64,000 nucleotides of DNA from Eledone cirrhosa. Its lineage: Eukaryota. This document shows, piece after piece, positions 14,179-27,669 of the stretch. Under the pieces are notes generated by a model. That model was not told the DNA's origin and searched no databases. It saw nothing but the letters and a program-made list of their open reading frames with translations. The stretch covers positions 148,552,001-148,616,000 of the forward strand of contig OZ024741.1 of assembly GCA_964016885.1 (NCBI GenBank), read 5' to 3'. A program made the position numbers and the translations under genes. Position 1 is the first letter of the stretch. Every line of letters starts with the position of its first letter.

Positions 14179-14869
14179 ATTGCGATTTTTTTAAATATAA
14201 AATCGTGTGTCGAAACAGATATTGTTATACTTGGGGAGGGTCATATTGTAATAATATTGCCAGAAATAATAACAGAAAACACTCACTGTTTGGTTGGTTT
14301 TCGCTTCTGTATCTTTTATATCTCCATAGTTAATTCATTCGGCAATCAATGTTTATCATTGACTGACCAATGGTCAAAAATACAGATATAAATACATATA
14401 TATAGTCTAACAAACTTCTTTCGTTGCACATCTGCAACATCATCAGTGGTACTATAATGTTCCTCCTGTGGTATTGTATGTCTACGCCATTTTTATTTTA
14501 TCTGTTTATTTATTTATTTATTTTTGTATTCTTGTCTGCGCATGCGTTTGCGTGTGTGTATAGTGTTTGGTGTGTGTGTTCGCGTGTGGGTGACTGTGTT
14601 TTGGTTATTGTATTCTATCTTAGTTTATTAGTGTGTGTTTATATGTGTTTGTTGTTATTGTGCTTGTGTATATATTTATTTATTTATTTATTTATTTATA
14701 TTTCTCTTAAGTCAGGATTGTTGTTGTTATTCCATTCATTCTTTCTGTTTAGCTTTAGCTTTCTAAGCTCTATTTCGCTTGTCTCTCTGCAATAACGAAA
14801 ACACAGATAGATAGATAGATACTTGTCTGCTCAGTTCAAAGCTTGACTACTTCTGTATAAATATAGATG

Positions 14870-15490
14870 ATTCTCAGTTCTGGCAGGAGATGTTATGTGG
14901 CTTTTTAGACAAGACATACCTTTAAAAAGTCATCCACATAAATTGCACATTAGCTTTGGTGCAGCTTGAACTGTTTCTTTAGACCTCATTGAGATTTGCA
15001 GATCTCGAGGCATATGTGACATTGATAAGAGTGAACTGGACTGTGTGTTCTATAGACAGTAGAAAGTACCCTACTGCGTGCTCTTATGTGAGGTTGAAGT
15101 CCAGCCTCGGACAAACAGATTTTACCACAAACTCTACAAGTGGAGAAAGTGCCATTAATTTCATATTCCCTTACTGGCTGTGTTTTTCTTATATTCCTCT
15201 TAATATTTACTTGCATCAACCTGTTTTGCTCAAAGGTTTTCAAACCATCCTATATTTTTTAATGCCAGATAGAGCGATTCAGTGCAAGACTTTCCAGGTT
15301 TCTGGGGGTCAATTCCTACATTCTTCAAGGTTTCCTTCAATGCATCTTTGGCTTACTCTGTTTTCTTTTCCGCTGAGCAAGTTCCCCATAATATAGTTGC
15401 TTAGTGTTACGTTCGTCAACCATGCGAACAATATGTCCAGACCACCGCAGTTGGTTTTTCAAAATTGTCTGTCCTTTTAAGACTTAACGT
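14870..15490 (-). mobile_element. Degenerate RTE LINE 3' region with three C2H2-like fingers
   Basis: KNQLRWSGHIVRM...; CRVCGKICLSEAGLQPH; CHICLEICKS; CNLCG*LFKGMSCLKSH; homologous to 31097-31897. Confidence 0.75.
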
Positions 15491-15539
15491 CCAAACAAAC
15501 GGAAAATACTCTATCTCTTCCACCTTCCCTTTTCACTTC

Positions 15540-16400
15540 TTGGCTAACCAATATTTTGAGCCTCGTCTTTTTAGTTGCAGCACATGGGTTTGTAGCATAA
15601 TTTATCTTAATTGTAAATAGTCGAAAGACTAATCGTCTTGTCTTTTGTCCATTTGTTATTATCTCTTGTGCACTATCGATCTTATATTACTGAAACAACC
15701 TATGTCTTGCAATCAACTGATGAGATGAGACTGGGTTTCGTTCGTTTTCCTGTCATTTCGTTCGTTTACCCCACCAGATGATGGTCCTCTGATTCTTCCG
15801 CCGCCTCTGGTCGAACCCCTCCATATCCACCATCTTCCCCCTCCCAGCCACCCCTCTTTCAAGTGCACACGCAACCTCCGAACCTCCTCGCTCACAGCCC
15901 CCTTCTCCTTCCAATTCCTCTCCCGGATCCCGACCCCGCTGCCACACTTGCAATATATCACCAACACCACCACTGCCCGACATTCACGATTACGGTCTGC
16001 CAGATTGTGAGGCACCCATTGGTCCAGCTGAGACCCTCACTTTTGCATGCAAGTGATTGCGGATGGTTGTTTTCAATGCCCTAACCACTTTGGAGAGTTG
16101 ACGTGATGTCTGACGTGGTTTGGCTTTCGCCAGCTCACGCAGTTGCTCACCATTGAAGTCGAATGGACGTCTTACGCGAGGTCAATCTTCAAGGGAGTAA
16201 TCACAAGAATAGAAGCATGCGAACCAGTTCCTGGCATTGCGTTCAGACATGGTGGGTAAACCAAATGCATTATAAATGCAACGACTCAATGCTGCTCCGC
16301 TTAGACCAGATTTAAAGTTATGAAATAGATAGCCACGAATAAACGATTTGGATTGATCTGTGTTACTTCCCCTTTGATAGCATAACGGAAAATGAGAAAT
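15540..16400 (-). mobile_element. Degenerate mariner (Mos1-like) transposase
   Basis: IRGYLFHNFKSG...MSERNARNWFACFYSCDYSLED helix-turn-helix region and the WVPHNL motif. Confidence 0.8.
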
Positions 16401-16539
16401 GCACATAGTGCATATCAACGTTACTTCTTATATATGTGTACATGCGCAACCTTCGACACTTCCAGAAAACTCTCGCAAAATACCTCGTTTTAAAAAAACG
16501 GTGGAACTTTCTGTCCAACCATATATATATGAGTTCAGG

Positions 16540-16815
16540 GTGCTAAACTGTCCAGATGCTGGCATCCAATGAGATGGTCGCCGGCCTAGGGCCAGGAAGC
16601 GGTCTGGTCGTTCGGAGCCGGTGGTGTACCATGGAAATGTGCCTGCTGTTTCGTGCAATACAGGATCCGTTCAATGTCCGCTCGAGTGCGAAATTCGCCG
16701 CTGTAAGTAGTGTGGGGTATGAAGCGCAGGCCCCTACTAAGGAGTAGGATAACAGGTGGTAGGTGGGTGAGCTGGAAGTTGGGCGTGTGAGTGTGGGGAA
16801 GGTGGAAATTTAATT
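16540..16815 (-). mobile_element. PLE N-terminal ORF fragment
   Basis: LLLSRGLRFIP...EFRTRADIERI...AHFH resembles the conserved PLE N-terminal LxKGLxFxP motif. Confidence 0.6.
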
Positions 16816-17144
16816 TGTAGTGTTTGGTGGAGGTGAGGTGTTTGTGTGTGTATATGTACATGTATATATATATTGAGAGAAAAAGAGACATGCACATGTA
16901 TTTATCCACATACACAGACACACACAGACACACATATATGAATTATATGAATTAGCGTTTGCGTGAGTAAATACCTGATTAGGTTTTTGTGTGCGCATAT
17001 GCCTGAGCGTATGTATGTGTGTGTTTGTATAGGTGCTTATGCGTGCGTGTGTGCATGTATGTGTTTGTGTGTATGTATGTGTGTATGTTTGTATATATGT
17101 ATGTGCATGCATGTATGTACAATAGCAGCATATCAGAGGCAGCT

Positions 17145-17420
17145 GTAGCAGCAACAATAACAGAAGCAACAACAACAGCAACAACCACAACATGATCAAC
17201 AACAACAATTATGGCAGCAGCAACACTATCAATAACAGCAGCCGCAGCAACAACAACAACAATACGATCGAGAATAACACCAACAACAACAGCAGTAACA
17301 CCAACAATAGTAGCAGCAACATCCTCAACAACAATAATAACACGATCAACATCAACAACAAGAACATCAGTAACAACAACAACAACATCAATAGCAACAC
17401 CATTAACAACTCCAACAAAA
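17145..17420. repeat. Degenerate (CAA/CAG/TAA)n trinucleotide tract
   Basis: Direct reading. Confidence 0.9.
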
Positions 17421-17539
17421 TGATCAGTGCCAGATTTATACCTACGACCACTTAGGTTTATGGCATCACAATCAGCAGGTACCGCAAAATAGTAAAATAT
17501 GAGACCTGCTGTAATTAACAAGCGTCCTCCAAGCTATAT

Positions 17540-17619
<80 letters not shown>

Positions 17620-17624
<5 letters not shown>

Positions 17625-17810
17625 TGGGTCCTTCAAGCAACATATGTTTTAATGTCCTCCAAGTTATATATAGTTTTATGTCCTCCGAACTATATATAGT
17701 TTAAGGATTTCCAAGCTGTTTATAGTTTAAGGGTTTCCAAGCTATAAATAGTTTAAGGGTTTCCAACCTATATATATTTTAGGGCCCTCCAAAATATATA
17801 ATTTAGGTCC
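17620..17810. repeat. Short minisatellite, ~26-bp unit ATAGTTTAAGGGTTTCCAAGCT
   Basis: Several degenerate tandem units after (TG)n. Confidence 0.7.
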
Positions 17811-18284
17811 TCAACAAGATTAAATCTTTCATTGACAGTGGTTGGTCTCGGAGTTTTATAATTCTTTACTGGTTAGCTATGGAGGAAAGGGTAACGCTCA
17901 TGACATTTAATTTTTTTTTCTTGGCTGTTAGTAGGGAGGAAAGAAAGAAATTATCTGCAAACCAGAAACATGTCCTGAATGCTTGCAATAACAGATTGAA
18001 ATCAGTTAAAAGTACCCAGTCAGCAGATGGGGGTGTTAAACCGAATGGCGAATGAAATCTACCACTATTAAGGGAAATCAAAGGCTGCATAAAGAGATTA
18101 TGTTTATCATGGAGAGTAGAGGAGGGATTATAGCGTCTACACCTCCTGCCTTCCCGATCTCGGCTTCAAGGACCTTTGCATACCCCTAGTTATTGTCGAC
18201 CAGGTAAGAACTCAGATCGCAAAGTGCTGAAACAATTATCGAAAAGCATCGCGTCGAACGTTCCACATCGCCAATTCACTCATC

Positions 18285-18360
18285 AGGACTGGTACTTTAT
18301 TTTATTAACCCCGAAGAGATGAACGGCAAAGTTGACTTCAGTGAGATTTGAACACAGGAA
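18285..18360 (-). mobile_element. tRNA-derived SINE core (MetaSINE-like)
   Basis: Matches the GCCTTTCATCCTT.CGGGGTCGATAAAAT..GTACCAGT core found in other copies in this window. Confidence 0.6.
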
Positions 18361-18495
18361 ACCTCAATATTTTATGTTGTACCAAACAGCGTTTTTAGCG
18401 GGACTCTCACCTTTCAAAGTCTTTGGTAATGGCCAGGGCCAGGAGTAGCCAGGTTGGGCCTTTACCCTAGTAATAGACGTATCAAAAACTGCCTT

Positions 18496-18595
<100 letters not shown>

Positions 18596-19281
18596 TCTCT
18601 CTCTCTCTCTTTCTCTCTACACACACATATATATATACTGTATATATATATATATGTGTAAGGGTGAAAGCAGCGATTCTTTGCTTAAACTTTAATCTGT
18701 TATTTTAATAAATATTTGCTCTAGGGTTCTTATATATTTGATATATATTTATCCTTATCGAACCCTCTTTGAATTTTAGTCTTCAAATTGATTATTATTA
18801 CTATATGTATATATATATATATACATATAGTAATAATAATAAATTTGAAGACTAACTTTCTAACTTGACCGCTGCCACGTCACGATTCTTAGCCATTTTT
18901 TAATGTATTCTTGGCGCGATCACTTTGGAGTCCGGTGCTCTAGATTTCCAATGTTATCGGATATCTTAAAATGCGGACGAAACCATGGTAGAGGTAACTA
19001 AATATGTTCACTTTTCTTCTAGTTTATTTTACACCTAATTCTGTTTAGTTGACCGTATATCTGGTCGATTTATACACGCTGTCGAAATACTCGATAAATA
19101 CTCCGTCGCAACCGCCGCGAAGGGCTGCTTTCGGTTATTTGTCGAAGATTTCTTCATAGGTGCCTTTATTCTTATAGCTTGGTCTAATTGATTTTTTATA
19201 TTTTATCTGGTGATTCTATAGACATGTTTTATGATGTATATACATATATATAGCTTAGGAATTAACGAAAAACAACTTCCG

Positions 19282-19312
<31 letters not shown>

Positions 19313-19314
<2 letters not shown>

Positions 19315-20112
19315 AGCAGAAGTAGCCAGCGTTGCCTTGGCTAAGAAAGATAATGGAATTTCATTTAACTTTATCTAAAGTATATTTGAAACTTCTAATA
19401 TAGTTGTTTCTTCAATGTAACATATCTTGTAGTTGTAATATCATTTCATACCTTGTTTTTTTATTCCTTTCATATCTTGTCTGTGTCTGGGTTTTCATAT
19501 CACTGATGAGATACAGTTGTAAATATTTTGGTTCTTCTTCTGAAAGTGGCTGAAGTGATCCAATTCAATGGTACACTTGCCCTCGGATCTCGAAAGTGGG
19601 TATAAAGCCACCTTCATGGATAACATTTACACCAAATGATGTCATTTAGAATACATTATTGTACTTCTGGACATTTTAAAGAAAGTGTCTTGATTCAGTA
19701 GCTGTATCAATCAGCAGTCCCCTCAAGGGTTCTGGTGGTTTAGGTAATGGTTTAAACTTAATCTTTCCATTGAAACAGCACAATCCAGTTGACTCATTCC
19801 ATTTTTTAGTACCACAATTTGGACAAATTTTGTTCATTGAGGAAATTCTAATTAAAGGTTCTGGGGCATAGTCTTGTTATGGATTGTAACTAAAAGCAGC
19901 AAAGATCCACTCGGCAACCTTTTAAAATCATAAATCTTCTGTTCTTGCTCCGTTAGCTTTTGAGTTGTTTGAGCTTCAGTTTCTTCATGCCGCCTGGAAG
20001 AAATCTGATGTATTCAGACATGGAGAAAAGATGGGCTCCGCCAAGTTTAAAAATGGCCTAAAAACGCCATATGTCAATACGGCGCCCCTACGACACACTC
20101 GGGAGATACAAG
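19313..20112 (-). mobile_element. Internally deleted Helitron with Rep N-terminal fragment
   Basis: 3' CTAG at 19313-19316 with a degenerate hairpin; minus translation ICPNCGTKKWNESTGLCCFNGKIK...YNNVF*MTSFG...FEIRGQVYH*IGSL...YLQLY. Confidence 0.85.
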
Positions 20113-20122
20113 AACATGCACG

Positions 20123-20273
<151 letters not shown>

Positions 20274-20523
20274 TTTACTCTTCCGTCGATTTTGACAGAT
20301 GAGGATCCGAACAACTTATTAAGTTCATTCAGTTTGGATATTTATGTCGGGCATGACACTTTAGACATAGCAAGGATTTGCAAGCAAGTCTATGGATCGT
20401 GCAAAGATGAGGTTTACTGGACAATGTTGCTGGCATGTTTGATCATGCTTTTCTTCTCCCTCTTGTTTTAGAATAGGGGTGAGTGTAATATTTTAAGCTG
20501 TGATCATTTCACCGCTACTTCGT

Positions 20524-20606
<83 letters not shown>

Positions 20607-20701
20607 AAATTTCCGTTGGAAACAGAAAAGGTCATAGAAATGAAGAGTGCTCTATGTAAGTATCAGAGCAAAATTTAATGTATAAAAATCAATACAATAT
20701 A

Positions 20702-20779
20702 ATTACCTCATTACCAGAGGTTTCCCGAATGAGGCGAATACGAAATAAACGACTTCATTCGTTCGTCAGACGAGGCAAT
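20702..20779 (-). ncRNA. Type I hammerhead ribozyme in PLE 3' pLTR
   Basis: ATTGCCTCGT-CTGACGA-A-CGAATGA...TCATTCG-G-GAAA-CCTCTGG-TA-ATGAGGTAAT; 10-bp stem I; A.G mismatch at the base of stem II. Confidence 0.75.
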
Positions 20780-21957
20780 ATAAAACATGGGCAAATACTT
20801 AGAAAAACACATCAAGAAAATAAAAAAAAGATATAGATAAATGAAATAGAAATTGAAATATATAAAAATCTATCAAGAAATATAGTTAGGTGTGTGTATA
20901 TGTATGTATATGCGCTCACAGATGTGCATATATGTATATGTGTACATGTACATGTATAGTGAGAAAGTGTGCGTAATTCTAAAATAGGGCAAATGTATCT
21001 ATATGTCTGTATTATACAAACAGAAATGGTTACATCGTAAATATACGAATATGAAGGCGCGCGCATAAAACGCCTGGACACTCGTACGCTTAGGTGCGGA
21101 AAGAAAGGAGGTAAGGGAGTGTAATAATTAAAAGAAAAGGGTCAGTCTCGATATATTTATAAAAATATAATAACGATAAATTAGAAAGAAAAAATTAAAG
21201 AAAACAAAAAAAGGGGGGTATATACATACACAGACACGCGTGTCTCACAAAAGAAATGTAAAAATAATTATACTTATATAAACACGCGCACTTACACTTC
21301 CATGCGTTCGATACGTACATACACACACACACACACACATACCTATACTCACGCATATAAACCTGTTTACATGCCCACGTATGAAACTGAGTAAGTAAAA
21401 AAAGGAAGGGGGGGGGAGAAGAAAAAAGGAACAAAACATAAAACCGAGATGTCAAAAACACGGATATAAAGACACGTACACATACGCATAATATATACAT
21501 ACACACACACACAAAAACACCTGTACACACACACACATATACACATACACACACACATATACATACACACACATACACATACGCACGCGCGCGCACATAC
21601 GTAGTCACTCATGTACACATATAAAAAGTATACACACATTAAGGCGTTCAGCCATATTGAAATGTGGATAAATAAGTACAAATATAAAATTGTAAGATAG
21701 GCTGCGCAAAAATAAAATAAAAATGAAAATATCTGGATTGAAAAACACAAAAGACAAGTGTAATCAGTTAGTGGAGGAAAAAGGGAAGTAAAAGAAGGGG
21801 AAGTAAAAAATAGAAAATAGGAAGTGGATCGGAGAATAAAGGGGGGGGGGGGGAATGTGAAGTAAAAATAAATAAAAGTGAAAATAAATGAAATTATTGA
21901 CAAGGATAAAAATGAAAGTAAGTCAGAAAGGGTAATTAAAAAGAGAATAATAAGAGT

Positions 21958-23466
21958 TTATGGAGGATAAGTATCTGAAAGTGTGTTAAGTTTATATGAG
22001 CTGGAAAGCAGGTGTGATTTCATGTGTGGGCAACTGGTGAAAATTTCCGTCTTTGTGTTCAGGCAGGTCTTTGGTGATTTAAGATTTTGCAATATCCAAA
22101 ATTTTTCATTTATGCAGAGCGTGCATTTTCTTGTTCCTCTAGCATATTTTTTAGATTGGTTCAAAATTGACCAATCTAGTTTATATTGGATGCCTTGGTC
22201 TTTCAAATCCCAAATTCTGCTAGCCAGAGCTGTTGTAAATCTTTTTTCTGGATGTCGAAAGGATGCGACATGTGAGTAATAACGCGTTTTGAATCTGTCT
22301 TGCGTCATACCCACATATCGTTCACTGGTGGCTGGATGGTTGTTGCTGATGGTTGTCACTTTAGCCGCATATACAATGGCTTTGGTGTTGCATTTACCTT
22401 GTAATGGGCATTCACTTTTGATTCTACAGGAGCAAGTTTGATTTTCTCTAGGTGATATTTTGTTGAGGATATAGGGGGACCGCAGGAATAGCTAATTTTA
22501 ACACAGTTTCTGTTAAAGATCTTATAGTATCTATGTGTTCTAGGGAAATGTTTATCTAGGAGTTCTAGGAATTTTTTGCCTACATTAGTTTTAACTGCTA
22601 GAGAGTAGGGGGGGGGGGGGGTGAACCAGATTATTTTTCTTTTCCTATTTTTATGTTTAATAGAGTTAGTGTAGTTAGGTATGTATTTAATCGGTTCGCT
22701 AAAGCCGCTATTTTGGAGGGCTTTATTATAGTAGGGGGATGCCTTATTAAAAATAGCTTCTGAGGAAGAGAGGGTGGAGATCCTACGGCTAATATTAGGG
22801 ATAAGGTTTTTAAAAACTATAGGTGGATGGCAAGATCCTTTATTTATATATTTTAAGTTTTCATTAGGTTTATGGTATGGTTTATAAGAAGCAGTAGGCA
22901 AATCTAGGTTTATATCTAGGAAATCTACGTTAGAAAGGTTAGTGTCAATAGTAATTTTAAGATTAAAACTAGCGAAGGTTTTTATTAAATCTTTCCTTAA
23001 TCTATCTAAGTTATGGCCTATGGTGGTATGGGAAAGTATTAGACCATCATCGCGATAAAGCCCAAAAATATGGTTAGGAAATTTATCTTTAAGTGTATGT
23101 AAGAGGAATAGGCCGACCAGATCACAAACCTCGGCACTGTCATAAGAGCCCATTGAGACATCGAATGGGTTCTCTGGGTTAGATATTTTTACCCAAGTGT
23201 CATTATCATTAAAAAGTAGAGTGTTCCTAGCATGCAAGATGACATCCTCTTCAATATCAGAGATATTAGTGAACCCTCTAGCGAAATTTAAAGCTTTCAC
23301 TAAAAGGGTCTGAGTAATAGATGGGTAGAAATCTTCGATGTCAAATTGGGTGAATCTAGAACTGATTTTGTTTTTAATATTATTAAACCAATGTACTACG
23401 GAAGAGCTATTTATCCATTGGAGTAATTTAGACTTACTTCTAATGTGTGTATTTAATTTATTTAAA

Positions 23467-23470
<4 letters not shown>
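21958..23470 (-). pseudogene. PLE RT/GIY-YIG ORF, one frameshift or deletion near 22440-22480
   Basis: Two long ORFs in different frames; upstream FTQFDIEDFYPSI motif. Confidence 0.85.
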
Positions 23471-24134
<664 letters not shown>

Positions 24135-24224
24135 TTCAAGAGTAACCAATCTTAAAGAGAGAGATGGAGATAGGAGAGGAGAGATTGGTGAATTAGTTAG
24201 GTGCACAGAGCTGGAAATATTCAT

Positions 24225-25616
24225 TAGTTAAGCAAAACAAGACCACAAATTTCACAAGGAAGACATTATTAAAAGATTGTCAACATATTTTAGTTTGATG
24301 TAAGGAATGTAGAGAATAATAATAATCATATTAATAATAATAATGTACGTTTACAATTGTTTCGCTACTCCATATAATATTTCTGGATCAAATGATTATA
24401 TATCATTATTGATCTGGTTCAGTTGAAAATAATTAACATAGGTAGAAATAGAGCAGCTCATCGGAACTTAAGGTGCACGGTTAAAACTGCTTCGCAGACC
24501 AGCTCATATATCGGGTCTACCTCTAACCCTTTTAAAGTACGCTATAACGCGCACTCTTTTTCCTTCCGGGACCCTAACAACAGATGTTCGACATCTCTAC
24601 CTAGGCTCATTAAAAACCTTAAATTAACCAACATTGTACACTCACTAACATGGGATATCTTGGCTCAGGCCCAACCGTTCAATGGACGAAGAAAATCTTG
24701 TGACCTCTGTCTTACCGAAGCATATTACATAACTCTATCACGACCTCAACCTATTAACGATAGAACGGAGGTAACTATTAGCTGTCAACATCGAAGGGCT
24801 AAGTAACTCCTCGAGAGATTAGAAATTGTGGGTAGTTTATAGTTAAGTGCTAATTTTTTAATTTTTTAATTGAGAGACAATTAATTGAGTAACTTATAAT
24901 TATCTAAGTTAGTTATAGCTATTCAACTTATTAGCTACAAGTAAAAATAGGGCTAGATGACTATGTTGGGTCAAATATTCTGTTGGCGAAGGAATTAGCC
25001 CTTCGCCAACAGAATATTTGACCCAACATAGTCATCTAGCCCTATTTTTACTTGTAGCTAATAAGTTAAATAGCTATAACTAACTTAGATAATTATAAGT
25101 TACCTCCCTTACTTAACTATAAACTACCCACAATTTCTAATCTCTCGAGGAGTTACCTCCCCTGAAACCACCCTCTAATTAGTAAGGTAAATATGTCCAT
25201 TGGCGGCCATCTTATTACCCATAGGCAGATCTCACACAATGCAGCCTCGACAGAAGAATACTGCTCCACTATGGCAGACAATTGATATACCCAGGACACC
25301 ATAGTGAAGTACCAACATATGGAACATTACATTTATGTAACATTCTTTCCTTATTTTAATTTATATTCCTTTTGAAGTTCCGATGAGCTGCTCTATTTCT
25401 ACCTATGTTAATTATTTTCAACTGAACCAGATCAATAATGATATATAATCATTTGATCCAGAAATATTATATGGAGTAGCGAAACAATTGTAAACGAACA
25501 TTATTATTATTAATATTATTATTATTATTCTCTACATTCCTTACATCAAACTAAAATATGTTGACAATCTTTTAATAATGTCTTCATTGTGAAATTTGTG
25601 CTCTTGTTTTGCTTAA

Positions 25617-25620
<4 letters not shown>
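24225..25620 (+). mobile_element. 5'-truncated PLE: inverted pLTR, GIY-YIG fragment, internal fold-back and 3' pLTR
   Basis: 24225-24468 is the reverse complement of 25376-25620; SYIGSTSNPFKVRYNAH...CDLC...CQH at 24470-24806; internal palindrome ~24803-25155 centred near 24997. Confidence 0.88.
25377..25495 (+). ncRNA. Type I hammerhead motif with long stem II loop, U4C core
   Basis: GTT-CCGATGA-GCTGCTCTA-(~75 nt)-TGGAGTAGC-GAAA-CAATTG-TA-AAC; inverted copy at 24349-24467. Confidence 0.7.
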
Positions 25621-25658
<38 letters not shown>

Positions 25659-25659
<1 letters not shown>

Positions 25660-26260
25660 TAGCCGAATTACCCGCGCCTTGTGATTTAAATCAGTGATAT
25701 AATTTATGGAGAAAAACTCTGCATTTCAATATTACTCAAAGTAGATTGCATGAAAAATTGAAAAACATTATTTTTTGTAATATATCAAATCAAAATTACA
25801 TTATTAAATCTTATTCTTATTTTGTTTCTTGTAAATAATTGTTTTCAAAATACCAATTCAAAACTTTTGTGAATAGGCATCATATCTTGTCATTTACCTA
25901 TGGTTTAAATTTCATATAAATCGAAGGGAAAACATTTTCAGCTGGGGTTTGTGCCTCCGGGGAACCATAATAAGGGGTTTAATCCCCATTAGGGTGTCTT
26001 AATATTATTGAAATTTGCTGAAATTTTGTGAATAGGCATCATATCTTGTCATTTACCTATGGTTTAAATTTCATATAAATCGAAGGGAAAACATTTTAGC
26101 GGGGGTTTGTGTCCCCGGGGAACCCTTTGATTAAAATGAAATATACTTATCCAAGTACCCTGGGCAATGTAGTTTCAGAATATATATGCTTATGGGGGTC
26201 TATCTCCCAAACCATAGGAGTAGTTGTGAACAAACAGACATGAATACAACTTTATATATA
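25659..26260 (-). mobile_element. Non-autonomous Helitron-like element
   Basis: CTAG end at 25659; opposite end reads TATATATAAAG...TGTCTGTTTGTT on the minus strand; internal ~100-bp duplication (25866 and 26024). Confidence 0.6.
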
Positions 26261-27435
26261 TCTATACATACATTTTTATAAAACTGTAGTTGTCTGTGTG
26301 TCTGTCCTCATTTTTGCAAAGTCTATACAAATCCACATTTCTACTCCGATTGATTTCAAACTTGCATTTATATATTCCTTGCGATCTAAAGATATTAACT
26401 GCAGCTTTTATTTTTCAATTTTCTGTTGTTAAAGGGGTGTTAGGCGCTGGTTATTGATCTCCGTCGCGCCCTTATAATATCTGTCTGTATGTCTGGCTGT
26501 CTGCATTACGATATTATGACAAACATTGATGACGTATTATGTTCGCTATTTACCGTTCATTGCCAGGGAACGTCTTCAAGAACCAAAGTATCGTCTTCCT
26601 GTTTTCCTTCGGTTGCAACGTTTTTCGAAATATTTACTTCTGCATTCACAGATTGATTTTTTTAGTTTCAGAAGATCCCGTTAAGGGTGAAAGCAGCGAT
26701 TCTTTGCTTAAACTTTAATCTGTTATTTTAATATATAATATAAGCGAGGCAAGCCAGCCCAGTTTCCGCTTCTTGCCAATAAACATTAACCCTTTGTGCG
26801 CCATTCATCTAACTGTAGACCAACAAATACCAACTAAACGGAGCGTTGACAAGAACGATGGCGAATGAATCTTCGAGGTAAGCAATTTCCTCCCGAGCTG
26901 TTAGTTCACGCGGGATTCTTTGCTACACCTTTCCGTAATAATACTGAACAACGTACTGCTGGTCACTCCTTCCTCCAAAAGCTGTACAAAGCGGACATGT
27001 GCATGGGGCAGATGGATCGGGTGCAAATCTACACCAGGCTTACGCGAGAAATTCACAAGCGACTGCACCGACAGGGATAGAGAGAAAGAGTAACTTAGTG
27101 GAAAGAGTGCGAATGAACTTTTGAGGTAAGTAGCCTACGCCTTACTGCTATTGCATTGGAGCCTTCTGCCAACTTAATCTGTGACTTTCTCTTTCACATT
27201 TACTCCAATAGGCCAAAACAGAGAAGTATGAAAAGAAGGAGCTCAACAATATTTCTATGAACAATGCACGTAGACAGCTAAACTGTACTTTCAACTTCTT
27301 AATTTTCTCCAAATAAAACAAGTTTCCTGTCGGTATATTTCATAAGTTTTTAACAGGCACTCACAAATAAACGTTTCTCATTGGAGGTGCTATTACCAAT
27401 GTTCTTACCCGTGCAACGCCGGGATACACTGCTAG
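26261..27435 (+). mobile_element. Non-autonomous Helitron
   Basis: A|TCTATAC...CCCGTGCAACGCCGGG hairpin...CTAG|T: TC start, subterminal hairpin, CTAG end, AT target site. Confidence 0.8.
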
Positions 27436-27480
27436 TATATATATATATATATACATAATCGGAAACGAATTCATATACTA

Positions 27481-27578
27481 AGCATATCAGACGACCTTTC
27501 GATTATAGAGTCAGGTTCGATTTATAATAGGTCTTGCCTCGAGCTAGCTGTTCGATAGTGAAACATATGTAATATGTT
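27481..27578 (+). ncRNA. Degenerate type I hammerhead in a solo pLTR fragment
   Basis: AGCATAT-CAGACGA-imperfect stem II-GAAA-CATATG-TA-ATATGTT; lies between (TA)n tracts. Confidence 0.55.
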
Positions 27579-27669
27579 ATTAAATATGTTATGATGCAAC
27601 ACCGAATCCTTGCTGCTTATCCTTATAGTATATATATATATATATAATCAAGGTTTAGCAAATAAGAAA

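Larger units (their letters stand above)
20600..23470 (-). mobile_element. Penelope-like element, 5' truncated, C-terminal GIY-YIG type
   Basis: ORFs 22356..23300 (SMGSYDSAE, LYRDDG, VDFLD) and 21958..22359 (YVG, CTLC, CPH); CSCRIKSECPLQGKC linker; hammerhead at the distal end of a low-complexity 3' UTR; flanked by (TA)n. Confidence 0.9.

Noticed and set aside
15717-15750. CTGATGA followed by a hairpin
   Set aside because: No GAAA or stem III; lies within the mariner remnant
16810-17521. Poly-Leu, poly-Val and poly-Asn ORFs resembling membrane or prion-like proteins
   Set aside because: Frames of a degenerate (CAA)n tract
19503-19530. CTGATGA motif
   Set aside because: Antisense of Helitron coding sequence, with no flanking stems
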